Translations under genes and position numbers: made by a program
The notes under the pieces: generated by a model
What the model was told of the DNA's origin: nothing
The model's input: only the letters and a program-made list of their open reading frames with translations
Databases searched by the model: none
Part shown: positions 43,323-54,540 of the stretch, one piece after another
Layout: every line of letters begins with the position of its first letter
Numbering within the stretch: position 1 is the stretch's first letter
From: an uncultured Phycisphaerales bacterium
GTDB lineage: Bacteria > Planctomycetota > Phycisphaerae > Tepidisphaerales > Tepidisphaeraceae
Assembly (NCBI GenBank): GCA_963844715.1
Contig: CAWJPJ010000007.1
Location: 768,001-832,000, forward strand
Reading direction: 5' to 3'
Length of the DNA: 64,000 nucleotides

Positions 43323-43425
43323 AGCCACGGATGGGGCACGGATGTGGCACGGATGTGGCACGGATGGAACGGGATAGTTGCCAGTTGGACGCCACGGCGG
43401 CTCTGCGACCAGTTGCCAGTTGCCA
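43323..43425. repeat. Tandem 11-nt (GCACGGATGTG) and 7-nt (CAGTTGC) repeats
   Basis: GCCACGGATGGGGCACGGATGTGGCACGGATGTGGCACGGATG; CCAGTTGCCAGTTGCCAG. Confidence 0.75.
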
Positions 43426-43639
43426 GGGGGGCAAGACACGAGGCCGCGAAATAAAAAAATAAAAAAAATTTGCGCTCGCGTAATTTGATTGCGGGGCTGG
43501 GGATAGGCGGGGGGAGTCGAGCGGCGGCGTCTGGATGGCGGGCGAAAATCTTCAGGTGCGGTGCGCAATACAGGGGATTCTACTTTTTTTACAGCGCCTG
43601 CGCCGCTCGCGCTGCCGGCGCAAAACTAATCGAGGTGAC

Positions 43640-44119
43640 CATGGAACGACAGATCGCTACGGATGAACAGCTTCGGCAGGAGAAGGAGTTGAGTCGGCTG
43701 ATCGAGGGGCTCAACGTCAATCAGTCGATCGCGCTGCAAGTTTTGATGAGGGGAGGGACGGTCACGGCTGCCGCGGCGGCGGCGGAAGTCACGCGGCAAA
43801 CGATTTACGAATGGATGAACCTTCGCCACCGGTTCCGGGAGGCGCTGGACTTTTGGAAACGCGATCTGGCCCAGTGCGCGCGGACGCGGCTGGTGATGAT
43901 GACGGACCTGGCGACGAGCAACGTCGCGGCGGCGCTGAAACGCGGGGATACGCAAACGGCGATGAAGCTGCTGGAAAAATTGGGCGTGCTGGCGCCGCCG
44001 GCGGTGGGACCGACGGAGCAGGAGGTACGGCGTGACAGAATGGAGACCCAATCCCGAATGGAAAGGGCGCAGGCCATCAGCACGGCCGAATCGCTGGCCG
44101 AAGTCGGATTGTGGCATGA
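43640..44119 (+). CDS. HTH protein resembling phage terminase-small-subunit-type HTH; end inferred (the ORF as given runs to 44423)
   Basis: GAGG RBS; Q.IALQVL..G.TVTAAAAAAEVTRQTIYEW...F; ATGA at 44116-44119 would be the stop if one base is missing upstream. Confidence 0.55.
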
Positions 44120-44433
44120 CGAATTCCCGGCCGAGCGAATGGGGTTCGGTACGTCCGGCGGAATGTGGGGCGGAGAAATGGGGCAAGCGACTGGATCGGA
44201 TTCTGAGGGCAGCCGCGTGCGGGGCGACGGATGCGGAGATGATCGTCGCTTACGCGATCACGCATCGGGAGATGATGGTTCTGTATCCGCTGATCCGGAG
44301 GTGTCGGGCGCGGCGGAGGATCGCGCTGCGCAGGGCACTGGCCCGGCTGGCGATGAAGGGGAATCGGAGGGCGGTTTTGATCCTGGGGGAAATGGAGAGC
44401 GTCGATCCCCAACTGCGCCGTAGGATCGACTGA
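44116..44433 (+). CDS. Small basic helical protein, terminase-small-subunit-like pattern
   Basis: AACGATDAEM...IRRCRARRRIALRRALARLAMKGNRRAVLILG. Confidence 0.45.
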   Translation: MTNSRPSEWGSVRPAECGAEKWGKRLDRILRAAACGATDAEMIVAYAITHREMMVLYPLIRRCRARRRIALRRALARLAMKGNRRAVLILGEMESVDPQLRRRID

Positions 44434-44637
44434 AACACCCCGGGAATTCCATGTCGAGTAAACGCCGGGATGTGAGCGGCTTCTCGGGGCCGCCCCGGCA
44501 TCTCCATTTTTGGGCAGAGGGGTCCGATAAACGAGGGTATAATCGAAGCGGAAACGCCAAAAGCCGCCCCGCGCAGGCTGTCTTTTCGGGCCGCTATTTG
44601 CGATTGTTCGAATGTCGATAAGGGTTACAATACGGGT

Positions 44638-44930
44638 ATGACCGCGTTGCAGAAGTCAGATTCGCCAGCGAACCCCAAACGCCATATATTCTGGCGGTTC
44701 CTGGGGCGGATTTTCTATCGCTCCAATGGGGCAAAACAGCCCACCTCGGGGGCCGCCGCCGCTGAACCTTGGGAACTTTCCGCCGACGACGCCAAGGTCA
44801 TGCAACAGGTCGCGGACCCGAAGAGCGCGGTCGGCAAACAAGTCCGACCCGGCGCACTCTTCCCTCAGGCGATATGTCACACACCAGCGCGTAATTCAAA
44901 CTCGTTCGGATGGAGCACCCGGACGTGTTA
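44638..44930 (+). CDS. Small hypothetical protein upstream of the GNAT gene (possible antitoxin; 3' end uncertain)
   Basis: TACAAT -10 six nt before the ATG; WELSADDAKVMQQVADP loosely resembles DUF1778 C-termini. Confidence 0.35.
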
Positions 44931-45446
44931 CGCACTCTCAACTTTTCAGCCGACCACCTTTACCGCGTCAAGGATTTTCATTGTGGCGAGGAGCCGTACG
45001 CGGCGGAAGTCGCTCAATGGATTCAGTGCACGAATCCGGATAACTCCGCGCTGCAAGATTTGGCGCATGAAGGAACACGGATTTGGCTCTACGCGGGCGA
45101 TGATGATCGCCTCGTCGGCTTCGGCTCGCTGGGCCATTCAAAATGGCGAATGCCGGGCAATAGAGACCCGTACCGGCCGCTGACGATTATCCCATACATC
45201 GCCGTCCACTCAGATTTCCAAGGCGTGGAGATTTTCGGCAACGAGAGCTACGCCGATTGGATTCTGGATCACTTGATCGGCGAAGCGCAGAAAGATCAGG
45301 TCGAACGGTCATACCTCGGCTTGTGCGTCCATCCGGATAACCAGAGAGCCATCCGATTTTACCGGAAGGCGGGATTCGCTTCCCTCGCTACACGTTACAA
45401 GCAATATATACGCATGATTCTGGCATTGGCTTCGGCAACTGGATGA
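44910..45446 (+). CDS. GNAT acetyltransferase, TacT/AtaT-toxin-like
   Basis: DFHCGEE N-terminal motif, IAVHSDFQG and NQRAIRFYRKAGF. Confidence 0.75.
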   Translation: MEHPDVLRTLNFSADHLYRVKDFHCGEEPYAAEVAQWIQCTNPDNSALQDLAHEGTRIWLYAGDDDRLVGFGSLGHSKWRMPGNRDPYRPLTIIPYIAVHSDFQGVEIFGNESYADWILDHLIGEAQKDQVERSYLGLCVHPDNQRAIRFYRKAGFASLATRYKQYIRMILALASATG

Positions 45447-45582
45447 TCGGATGCTTTGCGATGGCGATGAAGGGAAACCGTGCCACCGCCTTGTTAGCTG
45501 CGGGTGATGGGTACGAATACCGGCGCATGAGCAATTCTTGAGAATAGTTCACGTTCCGATTGGACCTCCTTCGTGTCATACC

Positions 45583-46505
45583 TCATATTCCATCGAAATA
45601 ATCTGTATCCACTTTCCTGATATTGTATAGCTTGTAGTCCGCAACTCCCACGCCGTGATCGATCATCAATTCGGCTAACTCTTCGCCGTCAATAAGAACA
45701 ACCTTTGCATTCGCCTTCTCAGCGGCTTGACGCGCACCATTCGTGAATGCTCCGCTAATAATGAATACGCCCTTGTGGGCCTTCTGCTCCCCAAGCGATC
45801 CGGCGAATTTACGAATCTCATCAGGACCCACGGGATTTTGCCATTTCTTGGCTTGGACATATACGGTGTCGAGTCCCAGCCTATCCTCTTGAATCAGGCC
45901 ATCAATTCCACCGTCTCCGCTCCTTCCAACGACGCGACTTCGATCAGCATGTGTGCCGCCGTAACCCATTGCCACGAGCAGATCGACTACCAGATACTCG
46001 AAAAATTTATCCGTGCCGTGCCGAACTCTATCCAGAAGGTCGTCTGCAAGGGTTTCGCGAATTTCCTTATAGGCTGCGTCGAGACGTTCGTCGGGCGTGG
46101 CGTCAACATCCTCGGCTGTCTCGTCAGCAGTTATTTGCCCACCGTTGGCGGTCATCTTGGAGCGTCTCGAAATGAATATAAGGAACTCTGGAAACTGGCG
46201 GAGATAAGATTGGTCGATTCGTGACGGGTTTGCTTGCAATGCGTCCAATCCGCGTTGTGTAATTTTGAATTTACCCCGTTCGGTTTTTTGCAGCAAAACG
46301 CCCTTTGTCAGATAAGTAAGCACCACCTCGCACGGTTGCTGTATAGGGTCTTGCCCCCCCGTGGCTGCATAATCCGTTTTTCCTCTTCCGAAATTCCCAG
46401 TCGAGACGCAATCGTTTCGATCATATCCAATACGACGTGCTCTTTTTGATCTCCCGCGAGTTTCAGAATAGGAAGCATGAAATCCTGCCAACCTGGGATT
46501 GCCAT
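45583..46505 (-). CDS. mrr: Mrr-family type IV restriction endonuclease (frameshift near 46330)
   Basis: MAIP.WQDFMLPILK Mrr_N domain; FEYLVVDLL.AMGYG, SGDGGIDG, YVQAKKW and LIDGEEL. Confidence 0.92.
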
Positions 46506-46900
46506 GGAGACTCCGAGTTTACATCGAATCAAAGGGAATGAAAGGAGTGACGCGAACCCTTAGACGGGTTCTCCTCCCTTTTGCTCTGCGGCGAGTTCGC
46601 CGTTTCCGGCCATCTCGCCGACCGGGACGGGGCGAAGGCGCGGCGAAGGTGACACTCATCATCGATGTGGCGGAACGGCCGATCTGCGAAATGGCCCTGG
46701 CGCCCACGTTTAATTGTTATACAACAATCAAGTTCCCTCAACCTCCCAATCAAAGCGCCGATGGGACATTTTGGGACCTCGCCCCATGGCTACGCCCTGT
46801 CCTGCCCGCCGACTTCATCTCTCCGTCTCTTTGTCTTCCGCCCCATCATGCCTCTCCGGTCTACTCGACTCTCTATTTTCCCCTCTCTAGCATAGCTCTC

Positions 46901-48088
46901 CTACGTCCCTTCGTGCCTCTCCGTCCCATCTCCCTCCTCCTTTCCCCCAGTACCCACCACCCGAAACTTCGCCCGATACTGCGTGGGCGTGAGCCCCACC
47001 TCGGCTCGGAACACCGTCGAGAGCTGCTTCGCCTCGGAGAACCCCGACCGCCTTGCCACCAGGGGCATGGCCAAGTCCGTCGTGGACAGCAGCTCGCGCG
47101 CGATCTCCAATCTCACCCGCCTAATCTCTTCCAGCGGGCTGCGGCCCAGGACGGCCCGGAATTTCCTTTCGAGGGATCGCCTCTGCAGGGGCATCGCTAG
47201 GAGCAGCTCGCGCACGCCGATCCACTCGCCGGCGTGGGCCAGGATGAATCGCACGGCTGCGGCGACCTGCGGATCGTCGATGGACACGACATCCGTTGAA
47301 CCGCGTCCGATCACGCTCGACACCGGCAGGACCGCCGACTCGACGCCGCGCCGTTTCCCGGCCAGGACCTTTTCCAGGAGTCCTGCCGCCTCGAACCCCA
47401 CGCGCTCTGAAGGAAGCGAAACGCTGGACAAACGGGGCATGGCCATGCCGCAGATGATTTGATCGTCGCCGATCCCCAGCACGGCCGCCTCGCGGGGAAT
47501 CTTGATGCTCGCGCTGGCGCACGCGTCCATGACTTGCCGGGCCAGGGCATCATCCGCCCCCAGAATTGCGCACGGCTTGGGCAGTTTCGCCACAAACTCC
47601 CCCAGCCCCGCCCCGTCCAATTCCCCCAAAGCCGGCGCCAGAAACTCCGGCACCTGATCGATCCCCTCTTTGGCGAGCCGATCCGTAAATCCCTTCTGCC
47701 TTTTCTTGGAATCCGCCCGATTCGCAAACCCGACAAACGCGAATTTCGTCATCCCTCGTTTAAGGAAATGGTTTGCCGCCAGTTGTCCCACATCCGCGTC
47801 GTCTGGAACGATATGCGGGAAGGCCATGCCGTCCATTTCTGAAGAGACATTGATGGCCGGGACGTTGCTTGCCTTGATCCACTCGGCCAGTTCCGTCGAA
47901 TTCACCGCCGCGATCAGTCCGCGCGGCTCCAGAGCGTTGAGCTTAACAATCACTCCCGCCGCCGGATCGAATCGCGTCAGCGCCCAGGGTTTGCCGGGCG
48001 CGATGAATTTCACGATCCCCTGCACCACGCCGCGCCAATACTCATCCGCAACCCCGACAACCACCGCGATTGGCACCATCTTCTTCAT
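46901..48088 (-). CDS. XylR-type regulator (periplasmic-binding-like sensor plus AraC HTH)
   Basis: LPKPCAI...DD.LA, IP.EAAVLG, RRSLERKF, SGFS and GLTPTQYR. Confidence 0.9.
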   Translation of the reverse strand: MKKMVPIAVVVGVADEYWRGVVQGIVKFIAPGKPWALTRFDPAAGVIVKLNALEPRGLIAAVNSTELAEWIKASNVPAINVSSEMDGMAFPHIVPDDADVGQLAANHFLKRGMTKFAFVGFANRADSKKRQKGFTDRLAKEGIDQVPEFLAPALGELDGAGLGEFVAKLPKPCAILGADDALARQVMDACASASIKIPREAAVLGIGDDQIICGMAMPRLSSVSLPSERVGFEAAGLLEKVLAGKRRGVESAVLPVSSVIGRGSTDVVSIDDPQVAAAVRFILAHAGEWIGVRELLLAMPLQRRSLERKFRAVLGRSPLEEIRRVRLEIARELLSTTDLAMPLVARRSGFSEAKQLSTVFRAEVGLTPTQYRAKFRVVGTGGKEEGDGTERHEGT

Positions 48089-48130
48089 GTCAGTTCCCCA
48101 TTCATACGGATCATACTAGAAGCGCGCCCG

Positions 48131-48168
48131 CCCCCTCCCAGCCCTCCCCCGGAGTACCGGGGGAGGGG
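48131..48168. repeat. REP-like hairpin
   Basis: CCCTCCCCCGG-AGTA-CCGGGGGAGGG. Confidence 0.7.
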
Positions 48169-48215
48169 TGAAAAAAGAGGGGCGCGATTCATGTACGATC
48201 CGTTCAATTCCTCGA

Positions 48216-49172
48216 TCATGGATACGGATCGCGCTTCGGCTGATCTCCCGGCAGTTCCAAAGCCCCTATTAGCTCAGTTACCGATTCAACGCCAGTGCGT
48301 TCCATATATTCGGCCAATCCGCGACAAATTTTGTTCGGCGAGGCTGGATCCACAAACAGCGCCGTTCCCACAGCAACCGCGCTGCTCCCGGCCAATAAAA
48401 ATTCCACCGCGTCGCCCCAGAATTGCACGCCGCCCATCCCGATGATCGGCACGCCGGCGCTGTGGGCAATCGTGCGATAGACCCGGCTGATCAAATGGAG
48501 CGCGATGGGCTTGATCGCCGGGCCGGACAATCCGCCGGTGACGTTCGCCAGCCGCGGGCGTTTTTTGTGAATGTCGATCGCCATGGCCGTGAAGGTATTG
48601 ATCATGGAGAGAATTTCCGCTCCGCCCTCGATCGCGGCCCGCGCGGTCAGCGTGATATCGTCGACGTTCGGCGAGAGCTTCACGATGAGCGGCTTGTGCG
48701 GGAGCACGTCCTTCACTTGCCGGGTCAATTCCTTCAGGCGGCCGGGATGGGTACCGAAGGTGAGCCCGTCCTTTACGTTCGGACAGGAGACATTCAATTC
48801 GACCGCCGCGAGGCAATCCAGCTTGTCCATGGCCGCGCAAGTCTCGACGTAATCGTCGTAGCTGTGCCCGGCGACGTTGACGATCACCGGGCAGGGCATC
48901 TTCTGGATCTGCGCGACCTTTTCGGCCAAAAAACGATCCAGCCCCACGTTCGCTAGGCCGATCGCGTTGAGCATTCCCGCGCGTGTCTCGACGATTCGCG
49001 TCGGCTCATTCCCCGGCCGCTCTTCCCGGGTGATCGACTTGGTCACAAACGCCCCAAGCTGCGATAAATCCATGAAATCCGCGTACTCCAGCGCATAGCC
49101 GCAGGTTCCCGAGCAGGTCAGCAGCGGATTGGAGAGTTTCAAGCCGGCTAAATTGATCGATAAATCAGGCAT
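48216..49172 (-). CDS. pyrD: Dihydroorotate dehydrogenase, class 1B catalytic subunit
   Basis: SGTCG, TKSIT, NAIGLAN, ELNVSCPN, KLSPN and GGLSGPAIKP. Confidence 0.95.
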   Translation of the reverse strand: MPDLSINLAGLKLSNPLLTCSGTCGYALEYADFMDLSQLGAFVTKSITREERPGNEPTRIVETRAGMLNAIGLANVGLDRFLAEKVAQIQKMPCPVIVNVAGHSYDDYVETCAAMDKLDCLAAVELNVSCPNVKDGLTFGTHPGRLKELTRQVKDVLPHKPLIVKLSPNVDDITLTARAAIEGGAEILSMINTFTAMAIDIHKKRPRLANVTGGLSGPAIKPIALHLISRVYRTIAHSAGVPIIGMGGVQFWGDAVEFLLAGSSAVAVGTALFVDPASPNKICRGLAEYMERTGVESVTELIGALELPGDQPKRDPYP

Positions 49173-49459
49173 CAGCCATCCGAATACACTTTATGCCGCG
49201 GCCGCGAGCGCAGGATTTCCGCTTTCCCCCAACTGGTCACCTGTTTGAACGCATCGCTGCGCAAAAACGCCTCGTAGTCCTGCTTGGTCTTCCACTGGCT
49301 CCAGATGAGATAGCTTCCCACCGAGTTCACGTTTTCATAAACCTGCGAGTCGATGTGACCCGGAATCGTCTTCAAATGCTCGAGCACGTTGAGGAAACCT
49401 TTTTCAAATTCCTCTTCTTTGCCCGGGATCACGTCGTAGTGCATGCCAATCGTTGTCAT
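49172..49459 (-). CDS. Antibiotic biosynthesis monooxygenase (ABM)-family protein
   Basis: GMHYDVIPGKEEEFE...PGH...SQW...AFLRSDAF. Confidence 0.8.
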   Translation of the reverse strand: MTTIGMHYDVIPGKEEEFEKGFLNVLEHLKTIPGHIDSQVYENVNSVGSYLIWSQWKTKQDYEAFLRSDAFKQVTSWGKAEILRSRPRHKVYSDG

Positions 49460-49465
49460 GTTTGT

Positions 49466-50422
49466 TCACCAAAGTAAATCAGCCGCGGCAAAGACGGGTC
49501 CGTCCGTGCACGCAAGCCGATAACACCAGTCCCTCCCCGGCAGCGGCGGTTTCGCCGGCTCCTTTTTCTTCACGCGAATGCAACAACTCTGACACGTCCC
49601 CATCCCGCAAGCCATCGCCCGCTCGACCGCCACCTGGCAAGGAATCGCCCGGCGAATCGCGATATCGGCGACGCGTTTCATCATCGCCTCGGGGCCGCAG
49701 GTATAAATCGTCGGCGCCTTGGGGCGATGCCGATCCAAAAAAATCTCCAGGGCCTGGGTAACAAATCCGCGCACGCCGAATGATCCGTCATCGGTCGAGA
49801 CCACGCTGGGAATTTCATGCGCCGCAAATTCGCCGATGCAGGGCCGCGGGTTCGGCTCCGAATCCGCATCGGCGATAATCGACAGGGGCAGCAGATCGCG
49901 CGTCACCGCGCCGGCGAAGGCGACGCCCCGCGCCTCGCCCAGATGGCCGGCGAGATAAATCATCGGCGGAATCCCGACGCCGCCGCCGACCAGCAGCGCC
50001 GTCCCGCCGATGGCGGGGGGGGTGAAGGTGTTTCCCAGAGGCCCCAGAATTCCGACGCGATCCCCGTTCTTCAATTCCGAAAGCCAACCCGTGCCCAGTC
50101 CCACCACTCGATGAATGACGTCCAGTTCCACTTTCCCGCCGACATCGCGCCGCCCGGCAAGCGAAAACGGCCGCCGAAGCATCGCCCGCGGCGAAATCAG
50201 CTCATGCCCGTGCAATTCAGCGCGAATCCCCGGCTCCCAATCCACCGTCGCGTCATCCGAATTCTCAAACCCCGGATCATCGCACAATATCTGGATGAAA
50301 TGTCCTGGCTGCGTTTCTGGAAACCCCGCCAGCGAAAGCACCAGCCGAAAGTGCTCCCGGCAAAGGGGGACATTCTCGCTAACCGTTGCAAGGAACTGGC
50401 TTCTGATCCGCGGCGAGGTCAT
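49466..50422 (-). CDS. pyrK: Dihydroorotate dehydrogenase electron-transfer subunit
   Basis: LRRPFS, GPLGN, GGGVGIPP, CGP, MACGMGTCQSC and C.DGPVF. Confidence 0.92.
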   Translation of the reverse strand: MTSPRIRSQFLATVSENVPLCREHFRLVLSLAGFPETQPGHFIQILCDDPGFENSDDATVDWEPGIRAELHGHELISPRAMLRRPFSLAGRRDVGGKVELDVIHRVVGLGTGWLSELKNGDRVGILGPLGNTFTPPAIGGTALLVGGGVGIPPMIYLAGHLGEARGVAFAGAVTRDLLPLSIIADADSEPNPRPCIGEFAAHEIPSVVSTDDGSFGVRGFVTQALEIFLDRHRPKAPTIYTCGPEAMMKRVADIAIRRAIPCQVAVERAMACGMGTCQSCCIRVKKKEPAKPPLPGRDWCYRLACTDGPVFAAADLLW

Positions 50423-50447
50423 CGGTCCGATTCTACCGGAGGAGCGC

Positions 50448-50492
50448 AAAAAAAGACTTCCGGAGGGATGGCTCCTATCCACCTCCGGAAGT
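50448..50492 (-). terminator. Intrinsic terminator in the leader of pyrK
   Basis: Minus strand: ACTTCCGGAGG-15 nt-CCTCCGGAAGT-C-TTTTTTT. Confidence 0.75.
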
Positions 50493-50540
50493 GCGCCACG
50501 GCCAGAAGCCGCTTAGCTTGATTTTGACTCAACGGGGCTG

Positions 50541-50569
50541 ACTATAACTTTGCGAAAAAACCGTGTCAA
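50541..50569 (-). promoter_or_regulatory. Near-consensus sigma-70 promoter
   Basis: Minus strand: TTGACA-17 nt-TATAGT. Confidence 0.75.
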
Positions 50570-50733
50570 TTATGCCCGGCCCCATCGATAGGTTTTAATA
50601 AATGACATAACAGCTTGGCAGATAATGGCTTATCGCAGCCTTAAAAGTCTCTGTTTTTGCCGCCCCGGCCCGATTTGCGCGGCATCGCATCTTCGCGCAT
50701 CTGAAGAATATAACTACACTTGCCTCGCATTTT

Positions 50734-52772
<2,039 letters not shown>

Positions 52773-52830
52773 CCCATTAAGGTATAAACGCCGCCCCCCA
52801 AAAGCCACGGAAGAATTCGCGCGGCAGCGC

Positions 52831-52863
52831 AAAAAAAACGGAACGCCGAGAGGGCGTTCCGTT
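52831..52863 (-). terminator. Intrinsic terminator
   Basis: Minus strand: AACGGAACGCC-CTCTC-GGCGTTCCG-TTTTTTTT. Confidence 0.8.
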
Positions 52864-52878
52864 CGGAAACTAGCTTAG

Positions 52879-54252
52879 CAGGACGCTGAAAAACTCGGGA
52901 GTTGGCGCATTTTCCTGTCTGTTGGCCGCTTTTCAATGGCGGGTTCCATCTCGGATCGTTCCAAGGGCTTCAGTTCGTTCGAGTTCGTTGGCGGATTGCA
53001 TGCCCAGGTTGAGTTTCACACGGTACTCAGGTTGCGCATCCGGATCAGATTGAACGCCGCCCCGGCCAGGTGGGCCTGCTGGCCGGTTTTTGAATGTCCG
53101 ATCAACCGGGTGCGATACAGGCCGCCGATCGTCTTGGCCCAGCCGATCCATTCCTCGATCTTCTTGCGGCAACGCTGGCTGATGGCGTAACCGAGGGTCT
53201 TGCGCGCCGACGCATCCGCTGGCGGGCCGCGATGTTGGCTCGGTTCTTCCAGCGATAGGCGGCGGTGTCGCCGCCGATCTTGCCCTCCTTCACCGCCACG
53301 TGCGGACGGATTCTTCTTCGCTCCAGCCCACGCAACAGCGGACCCTGGTCGTACCCCTTGTCGGCCCCAACCGTCTTGGGTTTGAGCCCAAAACGTTTCT
53401 TGACCCGATCGATCAGCGACAACGCGGTGACCGGCTCGCTGTTCTCCAGCGGCGAGTTGACTTCCACCGCCAGCACCAGCCCGTGGCGGTTCTCCACGAT
53501 CGCGTGCAGCGCATGGCTGAGCAACGCCGGCTTGCCGTCGCTCTTGCGGACCAGCTTCGCGTCGGAATCGGTGGTTGATTCGTGGGTGTCGTTGGACCGC
53601 TTCTGGCCGTGGAAGTCCACCTCGGCGTTGCGGCCCTTAAAACCGTTGTTATCTCCCGCATCATTGTCTTTTTTGTCCTTTTCATCCCTGGGTTTGAAGC
53701 TCTTGATCGACGCATACGCCTCGATCAGCGAGCCATCCACCGAGAAGTGGTCGGGGCTGACCAGTCCCGCGGCGATGGCCCGACGCACCGTGCCGTCGAA
53801 AAACGCGCCGATCAGCCCGTGCTCTTCCAGCCGCCCGCGATTGTGCGAGAAGACGGTGGCGTCGAATACCTCTTCGTCGATCCGCAGGTCCAAAAACCAA
53901 CGGAACAGCAGGTCGTGATCAATCCGTTCCACGAGCTGCGCCTCGGAGCGAATCGAATAGATCGATTGCAAAAGCAACGCCTTGATCAGCCGCTCCGGCG
54001 GCACGCTGGGCCGGCCTTCGGCCGCGTAGGCGGCATCAAAACGCCGACTCATGGCCTTCAAGTCTTCATCGACCATGCGCTTCACGGCCCGCAGCGGATG
54101 ATCAGGACGGACGCGTTGTTCCAGATCGATGGCCGCGATGAACAAAATGGATTGGGGATCGGCCTTGCCTCGCATGAATGACCTCCGTGTCTGGGTGTCA
54201 CACAGTTCAGCGCCACCGAGAACATTCGTCAAGAGGGTTTTTCAGCGTCCTG
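52879..54252 (-). mobile_element. IS5-family insertion sequence, 1374 bp
   Basis: 16-bp TIRs CAGGACGCTGAAAAAC; TTAG target duplication at 52875-52878 and 54253-54256. Confidence 0.93.
53016..54175 (-). CDS. IS5-family DDE transposase (frameshift near 53200)
   Basis: GRPSVPPERL, FRWFL, SVDGSLIEA, GADKGY, R..IEE..GW.K and AFNL. Confidence 0.92.
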
Positions 54253-54255
54253 TTA

Positions 54256-54530
54256 GAGCAGCTTCATCTGTTTTGTAGCGTCTGCGTCGCCGCCTTTTGC
54301 GGCACAGGCTAGGCGCGACGACGAGTCGTATCAGGTGAAACGATACGGCGAGAAGGAGCAACGACGCATGGGCCGCAAAAGGCGACGACCCGGAGGGTTG
54401 CGTCCAGACGGGCCGTTCGCGGCGTTATCGCTCCTCGCCATATCGCTTCACCTGATATGACTCGTCCCTCTGCCTAGCGCCCGGCCCGTCTGGACGCAAC
54501 GCAGACGCTACAAAACAGATGAAACTGCTC
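54256..54530. mobile_element. MITE, 275 bp, non-coding
   Basis: 32-bp TIRs GAGCAG(C/T)TTCATCTGTTTTGTAGCGTCTGCGT with 1 mismatch; flanked by TTA on both sides. Confidence 0.85.
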
Positions 54531-54540
54531 TTAGATTCGA

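Noticed and set aside
17855..43425. Repeat tracts as CRISPR arrays
   Set aside because: Units are 7-11 nt tandem or inverted repeats without unique spacers, and there are no cas genes
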